Shown: positions 28,560-42,193 of the stretch, one piece after another | How the letters are laid out: the number at the start of each line of letters is the position of its first letter | Numbering within the stretch: position 1 is the first letter of the stretch | NCBI GenBank assembly: GCA_951406725.2 | Contig: OX597815.1 | Coordinates: forward strand, 19,964,001 to 20,028,000 | DNA from: Octopus vulgaris | Lineage: Eukaryota | Length of the DNA: 64,000 nt | Direction: 5' to 3' | Notes under the pieces: generated by a model | The model's database searches: none | Seen by the model: only the letters and a program-made list of their open reading frames with translations | What the model was told of the DNA's origin: nothing | Made by a program: the position numbers and the translations under genes

Positions 28560-30110
28560 AAATTTTTGGACAAAGGGTGTTGGTAGCTGACGTCCCTGCT
28601 CTGAAGTGCATTTGTGTTTATGAAGGGTTGTTATACGCTGTTTATAGTATCTGCCCAGCTGCATTCAATTTAGATCTGTTATTAATCTCCGAGATGTACT
28701 TGTTACTTAAAACATTCTTCTATTCTCAAGTACCCAACGCTTCTTTGTATAGCTTCAATTGAAACTTGGATGTCATGATGTTGGAATATTCGTAGGTGTT
28801 TTTATGGAAGAAGCGTATGCATAGACACGTTCTTTGACCCGTATGTGAAGTTCAGATTCAGAATTCCTTACATTTGTCACACTTTATTTTATATACCACG
28901 TAGGACTGCAGACATATATTTTCATCTTTGACTGGGCAATGTACATAAGGTGTTGTTTTTAACTTGGCCTGTTTTTAGTTAGGACCCACCTCAGAGGAGG
29001 TCTGGAGTCTGCCAGTCGTAAATTTAATCCCTCCTTACAGATCATACAGTGGTTTGCAGCGTTTCTTTTTATTTATTTTTTTTTTCCATTAAAATATGGG
29101 AGTTTCAGAAAACACGTTATCCTTACATGTTAGAGTTTTGATAGCTGGTTTGGTGATGTGCTGGTGTTTAGTGAAAGAGTATGGATAGCCATTCCCCATC
29201 GGGATTTTTTGGAATTGTATGGTGTTGGTGTTTTTGCTACCTGCCTCGCCACATTTACTACGTATCCTGTGAATCTCATTTCTAATGTAGGTCATTTTGG
29301 TTCTGATGGACACGGATGAATTATAATAAACAAATAGACTCCAAAGTGCTGTTTTTCTGTAAAAGTTAGGGAATCTCTGTGATTTTTAGTTCAAAATCAA
29401 GCACAGATTAAGAACCGGAGTTATTAGAGTACTCCACTTCAAATTTTATATCTTCGCCGATATTGGTCAACGTATAGTATATTTTAACAACCTTCATGCG
29501 AGGTGATGTTAATATAAGGATGTCATCCACATATCTGGCGAAAAAGGCATAAAAGTGGCAGCTGCTGGGTGACTTACCTTCTAACTGGTCCATATATGTG
29601 ATAGTCAATAGGTCTGACAAGCTTAACTCCATCGGTAGTCCAGAGATGTGTTTTTAAAAAGACCCTACGAACTGGAAGGTCCATTATAATAGTTATGAGT
29701 TCATTGATATCTGGAGCTATGAGCTCAAAGAAATTAAGGTTGTGAGAGGAGGCAATGTGGTCAGGTAGTAAGTTTATTGCTGGGGATGCTGGAATGGGGT
29801 TGTATAGAGAAACAAAGTCCAAGCTAAAGGAATAGTTGTTTTGTTTTTAAGTAAGGATGGTTTGAGATCTCTCACTTAGTTGACACCTTCGATGAAGTTT
29901 TCAGCAGGTCCTAGGAAGGTTTGAAGTAGTGGCTTGAGAATATTAGATAGAAGCCAGGAGATTTTTTGGAATGGTCCGTTAATACTAGAGACAATAGGTC
30001 TAATTTTTAAATTTATACCCGGTTTATGTATTTTTATGTGATAGAATGTGGGTAACACTAATACTTGACAGCCGTCAAGTTTTAGTGATCGACCCTATCG
30101 AAAACTTTCG
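28560..30110 (-). mobile_element. Penelope-like element pseudogene (RT + GIY-YIG endonuclease)
   Basis: KIHKPGINLKIRPIVS, SLDFVSLYNPIP, FARYVDDILIL, then CLQSYVVYKIKCDKCKEF..LHIRVKE at about 28830-28925. Confidence 0.9.
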
Positions 30111-30119
30111 ATTGATCTA

Positions 30120-31165
30120 AGTTGATCAGAGCCCTCGCCAATGACAGTTTCTTTACCCCCCACCATTTTATGACGTATCACAAGCCGTGGAGGATGTATA
30201 TATACTGCTGTATGAGATGGCACATGTTTCCGCATCACCAAGCAGACTATCGACGACAAGTGTCAACGTCTCAGCTAAAACCTTGGTCAAATTCTTGAAA
30301 TCTACGTTTAGTAGAGTCTATGGACTGAAAATTATCAAAGTGGTAGTCTTTCTCAGCAGTGTTATTGTTCTTTGAGACTCACAAAACTGGAAATTCTCTA
30401 ATTCTGCTGCCATTTGCATCAGATACCCGTCAAGAGATAACCGAACAAGTTTGACATATAAGTGTAAACCTCTAAGGTAGACCATCGAAACCAAGCGATT
30501 TGTCCACCCGCCTCGCCGTGCAGCTAATCATGATCTCCCAAATTTCCTTAGCCGTTATCGACTTTTTGCAGTAATCCGCCATTTTTACCAAAATATGTGG
30601 TAGGCCGTTGAGGTACGTATTGAAGGTCATCCAACGATCAGGCTGTCCACATGTACGGAACATTCAAACAAAGTGCGCCTGGAAATCCGTACCCACCTAC
30701 TTTTGAATGAGTGGCACACGCTTATCATGGTTCATCATAGGTCAAATTATGACTGTCGCCATGCTGCACTTCTGCTACTCGGTCCCATCAGATGGTTTTC
30801 GTCTCTTTGAACTTTAGCTCTGACAATCCAGCTTCACACTTTACGTTGAAGAATTGGTCATTTGTCAGTCTGACCACAAGAACGTCACTCGCGATGCGTT
30901 TCTTACAGAACTCTCTATTTAGGAACCGTCTGAAGAAGTCTATGCGACTTGTTCAAATCCACACTGACATATTCGGAAAATTCATTCGGCGCCTGTCAGA
31001 CAATTAGAAAAGTTTCCACTGGTTTGTGAGGCGTTTGCACCCCGCTCTCATATCGGCTAGCTCCACAAATTCCTTGGTGTATCCAAGCTGTTGTCCTAAA
31101 TCAAAGTGTGGAATTTTCCCGGGAAGCACACCAGATGCCTAAAGAAGACTGGTTGCCTCGCCCCT
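30120..31165 (-). mobile_element. Old Tx1/L1-like LINE ORF2 fragment
   Basis: ITAKEIWEIMISC..KSLGFDGLP, plus fragments matching LINLDQSKAFDRVDH of the 36639-39885 element. Confidence 0.75.
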
Positions 31166-31197
31166 ATCTGAGCATAAAATAAAAATAAATAAATGTT

Positions 31198-31430
31198 CCT
31201 TCTCGAGCCATGCCAGGCTCATAAGGGCCGGTTTCTCGGTTTCAGTGGCGTAGAAATTCCCCACCTGGACGGGACGTCGGTCCGTCGCAGGATCACTCAT
31301 TTTTACCAGCTGAGTGGACTGGAGCAACGTGAAAATGAAGTGCTTTGCTCAAGAACACAACGCATCGCCCGGTCCAGGAATCGAAACCACAACCTTACGA
31401 TCATGAGTTCAATACCCTAACCACTAAGCA
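31198..31430 (-). mobile_element. tRNA-derived SINE with a CORE-like body
   Basis: Minus tgtgttcttgagcaaagcacttcattttcacgttgctccagtccactcagctgg; homologous to 45950-46087 and 55455-55655. Confidence 0.8.
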
Positions 31431-31978
31431 TCGACGGCTGCTAATAAAAAAATATGGCGTTCGCTACCTGTCGTGTTCTGCACAACTAACTTATCCTCTG
31501 TGCTCACCAACAGCCCATACTGTGCCACAAAGTTGACAAAAAACCAAGCACCCATATCACTAACTTCACCTGTCGCTTTCCTTTGTCTTCTTCAGTCTTA
31601 AAAACCAGGCATATGCTTCCATACGCTCAATCATAGTCTTTGGAATATATCGTGTCAAACACCGACCAACATATCTATTAATGTTCTTTTCTTTTCCGTT
31701 AGACAACTTATATCAAGTACGTTGCCTTTAATTATCTATGTAACGCTATTACCATTACTCTTACGTTTAACGTCATTCATTTCTTTTCTTTGTCTGACTG
31801 TTGTACCTACTTACTGTTTTCACTTTCCTTTTTGTTTTTGTCTTTAAAAGAATTATTTTGAAATTGAATATAAATTTTTGGGGTGAGTGTAATTAGTGCT
31901 GACTTCTGTCTAGTACCTCTCACTGCTACCCTAGAAGACTACGTTTTGAACAACTAGTAAACAAACTAACGACGCATA

Positions 31979-33681
31979 TACAGACGTCGGCTGAAAAGTT
32001 CATAGGCTCACCAAGATACTCTCATATTTTCCAACGTAGTCCTCCTTGCGTTCCACATATCGGTGTTGCAGTGCTTGGATTTTATTAGTGAAGAATTTTT
32101 TACCCTGTTGATTAAAAAAGTTATCAACAGGAGATATGATGTCATCATCACTGCGATACTGCTTCCCAGCCAAGCGTTTTTGCAAGCTACGGAAGAGATG
32201 GTAGTCAGATGGGGCGAAATCAGGAGAATAAGAAGGGTGATCAACCAGTTTAAAGCTACAGTCACGCAAAGCTGCTAAGCTTGTGTGCTGGAGCATTGTC
32301 CAAATGAAAAAAGACTCCCTTCGTCAGCTTTCATGGACGCTTGATCTTGAGAGCCTTTTGTAACTGCTTTAGCAAGTCAGCATAGTATTCTCCATTGATA
32401 GTGTGACCTTTTTGAAGATAGTCAATATACACAATACCTTTAGCATCCCAAGAAACTGATGCCTCCTCCTCACCTGCTCTAAAGAAAGCCAAGATAGTTT
32501 CTTATGCCATCACCTTTCCTGCATAAGAAACTACCTTGGCTTTCTTTAGAGCAGGTGAGTAGGGGTGTTTACACTGCATGAATAGTCTCTTTGTCTCTGG
32601 TTCAAAGTAATGAAACCAACATTCATCCTGGCTTCAGAAATATTCAAGGAAACCAGCTGGGTATGCTTCAGTTAGTGTCAGGTTTACCTGTGCTTTGATT
32701 AGCTTGGTGCGCTTTTGATCAGGTATCAGAAGACGTAGCACCCACCGAGCAAAACCCTTCGTCACACCAAGTTCATAGTACAAAATATTCTCAATCCAGT
32801 CACAGGATATGCTAATAGCATTGGCTGTTTGATTTATAGTCAATAGTCTGTCACTCATCAGTATATGGTGAACATGATTACTGTTTCCTTCGGTGTTGAC
32901 AGTTGCAGGACGTCCAGACTTTGAATCATCAACTCGACCCCGGGACTTATTCTTTTAAGCCCAGTTCTTATTCTATCGGTCTCCTTTGCCGAACCGCTAA
33001 GTGACGGGGACGTAAACACACCAGCATCAGTTGTCAAGCAATGCTAGGGGGACAAACACAGACACACAAACACATGCACACACACATATATATACATATA
33101 TACGACAGGCTTCTTTCAGTTTCCGTCTACCAAATCCACTCACAAGGCATTGGTCGGCCCGGGGCTATAGCAGAAGACACTTGCCCAAGGTGCCACGCAG
33201 TGGGACTGAACCCGGAACTATGTGGTTGGTTAGCAAGCTACTTACCACACAGCTACTCCTGCGCCTATGGTGAACATGATAAATGTTTCCTTCTGTGTTG
33301 GTAGTTGCAGGACGTCCAGACTTTGAATCACCTTCAAGACTTCCTGTTCCCCTCCTAAATTCAGCTGCCCACTTTTGAACTTTTCATAAAGCTGGAGTGT
33401 CATCCCTTAATGTAGCAACCATGTCAACATGAATGTCCTTGGGGCTAAACACTTTTTCTGCTAGTACATGTTAACACCACGATGTCAAATTTTGTCCATT
33501 TTCCAGAGATATCGCAACTGGTTACATTTGAAGTCTTCTTTGAAGATTCAGATGTCAGTTTAGCTGGAAAGAAACAATGCAGTTATTAATACGAAGAGCT
33601 GATTTTAATGCATGAAAGATTTCACTGCTCTAACATCATTCCTTCACAGTCAGCCTATGATCTCTTCAGCCTAACCTTGTA
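31979..33681 (-). mobile_element. Full-span decayed mariner (irritans-like) interrupted by a SINE
   Basis: Imperfect TIRs ggctgaaaagttcataggct / agcctatgatctcttcagcc; ARWVLRLL and HPSYSPDFAPSDYHLF motifs. Confidence 0.9.
32930..33265 (-). mobile_element. SINE S2 lacking its 3' tail, nested in the mariner
   Basis: Head ggcgcaggagtagctgtgtggtaag on minus; flanked by an about 65-bp duplication. Confidence 0.88.
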
Positions 33682-35358
33682 ACATTTATAATGTATCTAT
33701 AAATTTAGAACGGTGCAAGAATATTTTGTGACAGAACGTCGTCGGCGGATTATCAGACACAGTATTCGACCAGATTTGACCTCGGTAACGAATGCTCCCG
33801 GTCGTTCTGAACCAAGCAGAAAACCATTCGTCCGAATAAAGAAATTCGGTAAACAAAACATTCACTGATACGCGCGAAATTGGACCAGGATAGAATTAAA
33901 TTTATATACGCATTTATAACAGAGTAACATAACGATGTGTATAATAGTGAAGGAGGGGGAGAATAAATTCTAAGCTAGATACAAAACCGCACATTTTAGG
34001 GAGAAGAAGAGTCAATTACATCTATCCTGGTATTTTAGGCTTAAACTATTACAGTAAAGGGGCCTAACTAAACACCAAAAAGCATTTACCCATCTCCGTA
34101 CCGGGAGATATTTTAGTAATTCTTCCAGAACCGCAAACATTTTCCAGTCTTCACTTTATGAGTGTTTGTAATATATCTTCCGAACTTCTACAACTCATCA
34201 ATAGCTGAATTACACGAAGGCTGTTCATAAATTATTCTTAATTCTCCATCTTGGAAAAAAAAACAGATTGTGCTTTCTCATCAATTCTCAGGACATCCCC
34301 CCCAATCGGACGTTCTACCAATCGTGTTGCCCTGTCGGTAGTGGCTGTGATGGTTTGACAAAACTGTAGACAAGCGATACTCATGTTCTATTTACACTGC
34401 ACCACGGTCAGTAACTGAATTCAGAATATGAAAAATTTGCTTAGTCCGCTGAAAGAACCTTATATACCAGATTTTTCCCAAAATGGAATGCTTGCATTCC
34501 ATGTCTGGAGAGTTTCTATGAATTCATGTCAAGGGTGCTGGGAATTCAACTTGCACTTCGCCTCCCTCTGAACGCCACTACAGAATATTTAAGGAGTGAA
34601 CTTGTCAGTGAAAGGACCGCTAATAAAACAATAGGTAAATTTGCTCTACTAGAAATAAAAAAAAACACAAGTTATTTAACCCCTATATCACCATCTTAAA
34701 CAAAAAGAGAAAATGTAGTTAGTCTTCGATACATTATGTCTGAATAAAAAGACAGGGTAGCCTAGCTGATACACGTTTTATCAGGGCTAACTTCAGAGCA
34801 ACACGATTAGTTACCGAGTTAGGGAAAGGCGTGATCACACAAAGCCCATTACATCTGCTCGCCGTCAAAACACAAACCCCTTCTCACCACATCACCACTG
34901 CCAGCACCGCTACCGCCATCACAACCACTACCACCATCACCGTCACTATCATTATCAGAAACAGCACATAAATTACCGACAATGACACGGATCTTACTTT
35001 ATAGTGCAATCAACCAAACAGCAAAAGTTAACAGAAACTTGGGAACAGTTTTATATAGATATTTTGCTTTTCTTTTCTGTTTTTCTAATTTTCTTTTTTT
35101 GTTTCTTTTATTCAATTTCCATACTGTTTCAGAACTGCATCTAGAAAAATGTATCACTCTAATCAAATTCCGATGTATTTGTAGGCATTACAATCGTCCA
35201 AAGACTTCTAATGTAAAGGTAATTTGGCATAAGCAGAGTCTTTTGGAACTGTATCAAACATTTTATACGATTTCTTTGTAGAGGATTTCTAAAAATATTT
35301 TTCATTCATCAAACACATTTTACAAAACAATATACATAAATAGGTATTTTTAAATAAT

Positions 35359-35369
35359 TTGTATCTATG

Positions 35370-35403
<34 letters not shown>

Positions 35404-35448
35404 TGTATGTATGTATGTATGTATGTATGTATGTATGTATATATATAC

Positions 35449-35520
<72 letters not shown>

Positions 35521-35676
35521 GTATATATATATGTATATATGTATATATATATATATACATTTTATGTATGTATATATATATATATATAGAGTTCATATAC
35601 ATATGTGTATATGTTTGCGCGTATATGTGTATGCACATATTCGTATCAGATCAGTTCACACACAAGCAAACATATA

Positions 35677-35714
<38 letters not shown>

Positions 35715-36190
35715 TACATATATACATACATGAATGTCTGGGTATGTGTCCGTGAGTGCGTGAGCGTTTGTGTGTACGTGTTTGTGTGTACGCGCGTGTG
35801 TGTGTGTGTGTATTTATGTATGCTTGCACCTATGTATGCATATATAATGTAACCATATAAAATTAAATATATATATAGAGAGAGAGAAATAAATACAAAT
35901 GCAACATAGATAATCCATACCCGTATTCATTCAGTTCTACAGTCGTATATCATTGTATGTATGTATGTATGTATGTATGTATGTATGTATGTATGTATGT
36001 ATGTATGTATGTATGTATATATGCATGTATATATGTAAGTGTGTATTTATGTATCTATGTACGTCTGTATGTATGTACTTATGCAAATACGTATTTATTT
36101 ATGATGAATGTATATATGTATGTATATATGTATGCATGCATGTATCTATGTACATGTACGCATATATATATACTTATACACATACACGAA
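35359..36190. repeat. Compound microsatellites (TATG)n, (TA)n, (CA)n
   Basis: Direct reading. Confidence 0.95.
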
Positions 36191-36531
36191 AAATGTTCTA
36201 AATGTTCTATACTGATATACCCAAATACTTAAAATGGCATCATTGTAAAAATGTCCAAAACTTTTGTAACATTCTTCGTATATTAATTTCTTAATTAAAA
36301 GTTGACAGCACACCGTTACACATATATACATACATATATATATATAACTCAGAATGTACTGTAAGGTGTATCTTTTTATAAATGTACAAATTTAGCCTCT
36401 CTCTGAAATGCAATTAAGTTTTTATCGCTTCATGGGCAAAGAAAATGGGTTCAATCTGATTTGCTTCCAGTCTTCTAAGTTTAAAATGTTAGCTTATCAG
36501 AAATAGTATGTCCTAGATTACATTTTGCAAT

Positions 36532-36638
<107 letters not shown>

Positions 36639-39600
36639 TGTTTCTTTATTGGCCACACAGGGCTGAACACAGAGGGGACAAAATACAAAGTAGAGCTTTC
36701 CTTTTCTGGGTAGAAGAGAAGAAAAAAGAACAAAAGGAGAAAAGGGGGTCGCATTTCGATCAAAAGGGATCGTGGAAAAAAACCGATCAGTAGGGATCGT
36801 GTATCACAGAAATATTAATGTCAAAAGGGAAAGCAGATTAGGTTTATCCGTGGAAAGAAAAGCCCACAGAAACGACTACGGTAACCTCGGGCAATAATGT
36901 CATGCAAAAAAAACACATTACAGTAAGGGACTGCTTTTACCTTTCTGTTTTTGGTTCATAGGATTATACTCAAGTTGGCTCTGTCAGTCACACGTGTCAT
37001 CCTTGTTACTTTCACCAATCTTTTTTTTTAAAACATTCACTAAACAAAACTTCCCTCTCTACTCTCACCTTCCCCTTCAAGTGATACTTGAATAAGTTGA
37101 TGAGAGATTGACCAGAGAGGAAAGTGCTTGACTCTAGACCTTTCAGACGCGTCCACCATACACATTCTTTCGTCATAGCCACAAGTACGATGAAAATGGC
37201 TCTTCCTTCCTGTTTCAAGGAAAGAGGCGTGACAATGTTTACGAAAGACTTGATAAACCGACTCGTCCTACACGCGATAGCAGTCCTTCGACATAAGCCC
37301 ACAGGTCGGAAATGGTTGGAAACTGTGTCTGCGCATCATCAACCACGGCATGCCCAGCCCTCCCTTTAACGGATGTTGGCAGCAAACGGATCGCCTGACC
37401 ATCGGAACACATCTCTTCCACAAGAAGCGGAAGAGAATGCGTTCTAGTTTGGTGATGGTAGGGTCGGGACAAGGCACGGCAGTCAGGCGGTAGTAGATGA
37501 CGAATGCGATGTACGTGTTCTCCACCCCCGTCTGACCTTTTAGGGACAGCTTCCTCCCGGCCCACTGCCGGGCGAGAGTGACCACGCTACTCGTTATAGT
37601 TCTTCTCCATTTGAAGGTCCGGACCAAACCGGACCCCGAGCAACTTGACCGGACCGTCGGTCCAGCGTCCCACGATGGAGGCGCTGGTGGACGGCATAGG
37701 CTTGCTTCTTCAGGTGCCGAACCGCAAGCCCACTGACTTTTCCCGGTTGATTTTCGCTCATGTTACCGCTTCGTATTTTTTCAGTGTCTCGTCGACCAGC
37801 TCGATGTGCTTCTGGCTAGACACTATGACGATGATGTCGTCCGCGTATGCAGACACGCTCGTCCAGCATCCCAATTCTCGCGGGGTGCTCCTCAGCGTCA
37901 CCAGCTTCCGCAGTAGTGACTCGAGAGTCAATACGTATAGAAGCGATGAGAGGGAGCATCCCTGGCGGACTGTCGAAGGGTCTCGATAGATGTCCATTTA
38001 CGCGAATTACCAAACGGATGCCTCTGTACAAAGCAGTTATCCAGCTACGGAAGACGTGTCCTAAACCAGCCGCTATGAAGACAGCCTCCAAGTATCGATG
38101 GTCCACCCTATCGAAAGCTTTGGATTGATCCAAATTGATCAGGGCTCCACCCATTCCAGGTTCCTTAACTACCCTGTCTATGATGTAGCGCATCAGATGG
38201 AGCTTGACACGGGTGCTCCGGCCCGGCAGGGCGCACGTTTGAGCCTTGTCGACCAGTTTCTCGTTGACAAGCGCCAACCTCTTGGCTAATACCTTGGCCA
38301 AAATTTTAAAGTCTGCATTGAGCAGAGTGATGGGTCTAAAGTTATCTATTACGTCCCCCTTGTTTGGGTCTTTGTTCGGCAGCGTTCCGGCTACTCGACT
38401 CACAAAACCGCGGATGCTCCCGTTTTGCTGTCGGTTGCAGTACACTGCTGCCAAGATGTTTTCAAACAAGTCTAGCATACAACTATAAAGCTCGTAGCGT
38501 AGACTAATCCAAACCCGGCGATTTGTCCCTCGAGCATTCTGCCATCGAAAAGATTTTTCGAAAAGTATTTTTGGCATTTACCAACCGCACCGGGGAAAAT
38601 GCCTTTTAGTGTGTGGTGTAGTCTTCGTGAGACGTGTAGCATTTTGATGTGCTCCGGAGGTGTTTTGTGTGGGTGGTTGTTTGTTTTATGTCATCTTTTG
38701 TTATGTTTGCTTTTGATTTGATGTATTCCATCAACTCTGTGTTTTTAGTGTCTATGGCTGTGAGCATGTTTACTGTATATATTTTTGTGGTGTTGGTGTT
38801 GCTGTTGCTGTTGTTTGTGGTAGGTTTCGAAATGTCTTCGGGAGATGTATATCTCCCTGCTTTGTTTGCGTTTGCATTTGGTTTGGTTCTTTTTTTGCTC
38901 CTTTTCTCCTTCCTTTTCTGGCTATTTGCCATTCCTCACTGCTTTCGTCTACCGACGAAATTTCTGAGGAATCAGAAAGGGGTAGGGACATGTTGTAGGC
39001 ATCTATGTATATTTGTGTAGGTGGTTGTGTTTTTGTTTTTGTTGATGTTGGTTGTTGACTGTTTGTGTGTGGTGTGTGCGGTACAGGAGATGGGGAATCA
39101 GTTTTTGTATATTTTTTCTGTTTCTTTAGTTCTTGCTGTTGTTGGTGGTGTTGGTATTTTCTCAGGTGTTGTATTAATTTCCATTGTTCATGTGCTTGGT
39201 GTGCTTCTTCTGTCGTCTTCTGTGTTGATGCTGGTGTGGGTAGTAGTGCTTTTTTTCTCGGAGCGTTTTTGTTGTTGTGGTGGTTGTTGTTGCTCTTGTT
39301 GTGCGGTGGTTGGACAATTCTTTTTCAAATGTGTTTCGCTGACGCAGTGTGGTCGCCTGCCCTCCACCACTGGCAGTTCTATAGCGGTGGGTATCTTCTC
39401 TGTTGATATTTTATCAATTTGAAGAAGTAATTGAATCGTTTTTCCCAGTTTTGCTGTTCTAGAACAGCGATTTCGAGAATGTTTGTCTCCGCCATTTCAA
39501 AGCAGATGGCAGAGACTAGCCATTGTGTTTCTACTTCAGGTGGCACATTTTTTTATGACTTTCGTCACCCTCTGGCCTAAATAAGTCGGTATCATTACTA

Positions 39601-39885
39601 AATCATCTGAATGCAGAGCCAATGTGGAAAATCGTTTCGCTAGATTTTCATTGTGGAAACGTATTTGGACTGTGCCAAATTTATGCCATCAATTGACGTA
39701 TTGCTTGTGAGCCCATACATGGCGAAGGCATTTTTTTTATTTTTGCTGAGATGTACTTTTCGGGCGTCTTATCTTCGTGTTGATAACTTTGTATATGATT
39801 GTGTGTGTGTGGTGTGTGTGTGTTTCCCTGATAAGTTGTGGAATGTGGAGATGTAAATCATCTCCTTCTTTGGTGAGAAGCGCCT
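36639..39885 (-). mobile_element. Tx1/L1-like non-LTR retrotransposon, internally deleted, flanked by (GATA)n
   Basis: Thr/Gln/Lys-rich ORF1-like region about 38600-39800; RT 37000-38577; 3' end ..aataaagaaaca. No endonuclease domain seen. Confidence 0.88.
37012..38577 (-). pseudogene. Frameshifted ORF2 reverse transcriptase of the Tx1/L1-like element
   Basis: FRPITLLNADFKILAKVLAKRL, LINLDQSKAFDRVDH, VRQGCSLSSLLYVL, SAYADD, KGGLGMP. Confidence 0.92.
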
Positions 39886-40726
39886 TAGATAGATAGATAG
39901 ATAGATAGATGGGTGGGTGGGTGGATGGATGGATGGATGGATGGATGGATAGATGGATGGATAGATGGATGGATAGATAGATGGATGGATGGATGGATGG
40001 ATGGATAGATGGATGGATGGATGGATGGATGGATGGATGGGTGGATGGATGGACGGATGGATGGATGGATAAGTTCTTTTTTTCTGCTTATGGCCCTGGA
40101 ATGACCCGTCAATTTCAGGTCTTTATAGCTGTTAAAACACGCACGTGCACACACACCCACACACGCATGCACGCACGCACGCACATACACACAAATAAGC
40201 AAACAGACAGACACGCACTCACATATATTGCCACTCCCTAAACTTAATTATTCTGTTCAACACCGAAGGCTTTTGGTACGCTGGTCAATATATTTACGAC
40301 AAAACGATAAGGCTGTACAGCTTCACAGAATTTTTGATTTTTAATTTAGTTTTAATTATTAAATTATCACTTTCACGCAACATCACGCCACAGATAAAAA
40401 CAGTTTTCCCGTCTTTCAACTTTGGAATACGACTTACTCAAATTTTTGTTTTTCATTAAACCAAAACTAGTTCTTTTTTTTTCTTTTTTTTTTTTTTTGC
40501 TTTTCTATATTTTTCGCCATCATCATTTCAGTTCGTCAAACTGCTGAAATTACTTTACTAACAATGGAAAAAATATTTCTCCAAAATTCTATGTATGTCA
40601 ATCAGTCTCCCAAGATACTGGTCCACCAATTTTTTGCTATTGTTATTTTCGTGTTACTTTCGCAAAGATATTTCACTGACGAGAGTAATTTAGTACCCGT
40701 CATTGTTTCCGGTGTTATTCTTCAAC

Positions 40727-41125
40727 TGGTGAGCTGGCAGAATCGTTAGCACGCCGGGCGAAATGCTTAGCGGTATTTCGTCTACCTTTATGTTCTGAGT
40801 TCAAATTCCGCCGAGGTCGTCTTTGCCTTTCATCCTTTTGGGGACGATAAATTAAGTACCACTTGCGTACTGGGAGTCGATGTAATCGACTTAATACCTA
40901 TGTCTATCCTTGTTTGTCCCCTCTGTGTTTAGCCCCTTGTGGGTAGTAAAGAAATAGGTATTTCGTCTGCCGCTACGTTCTGAGTTCAAATTCCGCCGAG
41001 GTCGACTTTACCTTTCATCCTTTTGGGGACGATAAATTAAGTACCACTTGCGTACTGGGACCAATCTAATCGACTATCTCCCTCCCCCAAAATTTCAGGC
41101 CTTATGCCTAGAGTAGAAAAGATTC
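40727..41125 (+). mobile_element. SINE S3 (tRNA head + Nin/Deu-like domain), dimer
   Basis: A-box-like tggcagaatcgttag, B-box-like gagttcaaattcc; gcctttcatccttttggggacgataaa twice. Confidence 0.88.
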
Positions 41126-42131
41126 TTCAACTATATTTTCAATTTGTCTATGACCACCAATTTTCAACCATTTCTGTTGAACATTAGTTGTTATTTCAGT
41201 GGATGTCTAATACTATAAGTTCTTATTTGTAAATAGGTGGATTTTAAAAGAGCGGAAAAAGAAAAAAAAAGCATTAAAAAAATAAGCTTAAGGAGGATAC
41301 TAAGGACAACAAATCTCAATTGCAATCCAAAATACATCACAGTACTTCTTTCTTCACAAAATGATTCGATCTGTTGCATCTGCAGGCGCCATTTTTATTG
41401 GCAAAAATAAAAGTAGAGTTACTTGATTATTTGAAGTCTAGGGGGATCCGTGAAATACACAATTTATTTTCAAACCTATCGTTTTTCTGAAGCGTTTATG
41501 GCATTTCTTTGTTTCTAGGGCCCCATGAAAGCGAAACATAATTTGGAAGAAAAGCAATTCAAGGAAACAAAATCCTTAATCTGTAATCTTCGGTTTGTTG
41601 CTAATCGCTTGAATTCTTTCCTACCAACATTTGATTTACTTTGGCTGCAGGTTTACTTCTCTGCCCTGGACGTAAGTGTAACAGACGTATGCATAAACTA
41701 CCCGGCTTAGTATGCCTGTGGCTGGCTTAAACGAAGTGAGTTTAAATGGCTCTTATCAGTTCCTGTCTCTTTTTTTTAGGTTTGAGATTATTTAGGTTCC
41801 AGATTATATCATCAAGCTAATTAGTATACTACGGAATATTCAGCTATCCCCCAGAAAATTTTCCAAAGAACTCCTTGTATAATTTTTTCTTCTTTATCTT
41901 TTTTTTCTTGCTTTTTTTGCTTTTTTATAAAGGCACCTACCAACGACCGCCATCTCTGAAGAGCTCATAGTGTCACTTAAGCGTGCAGTCACCTAATATC
42001 CTGTTATCTAATAAAACCCAATGCGAAACCATTTGGTATAAAGATCGGCTGGAACGGATCTATAATTTTGTGTGTGTGCAAGTATGGTGCCCCAGCATGG
42101 CCACAGCTCGTGAGCTGAAACTGATTCAATT

Positions 42132-42193
<62 letters not shown>

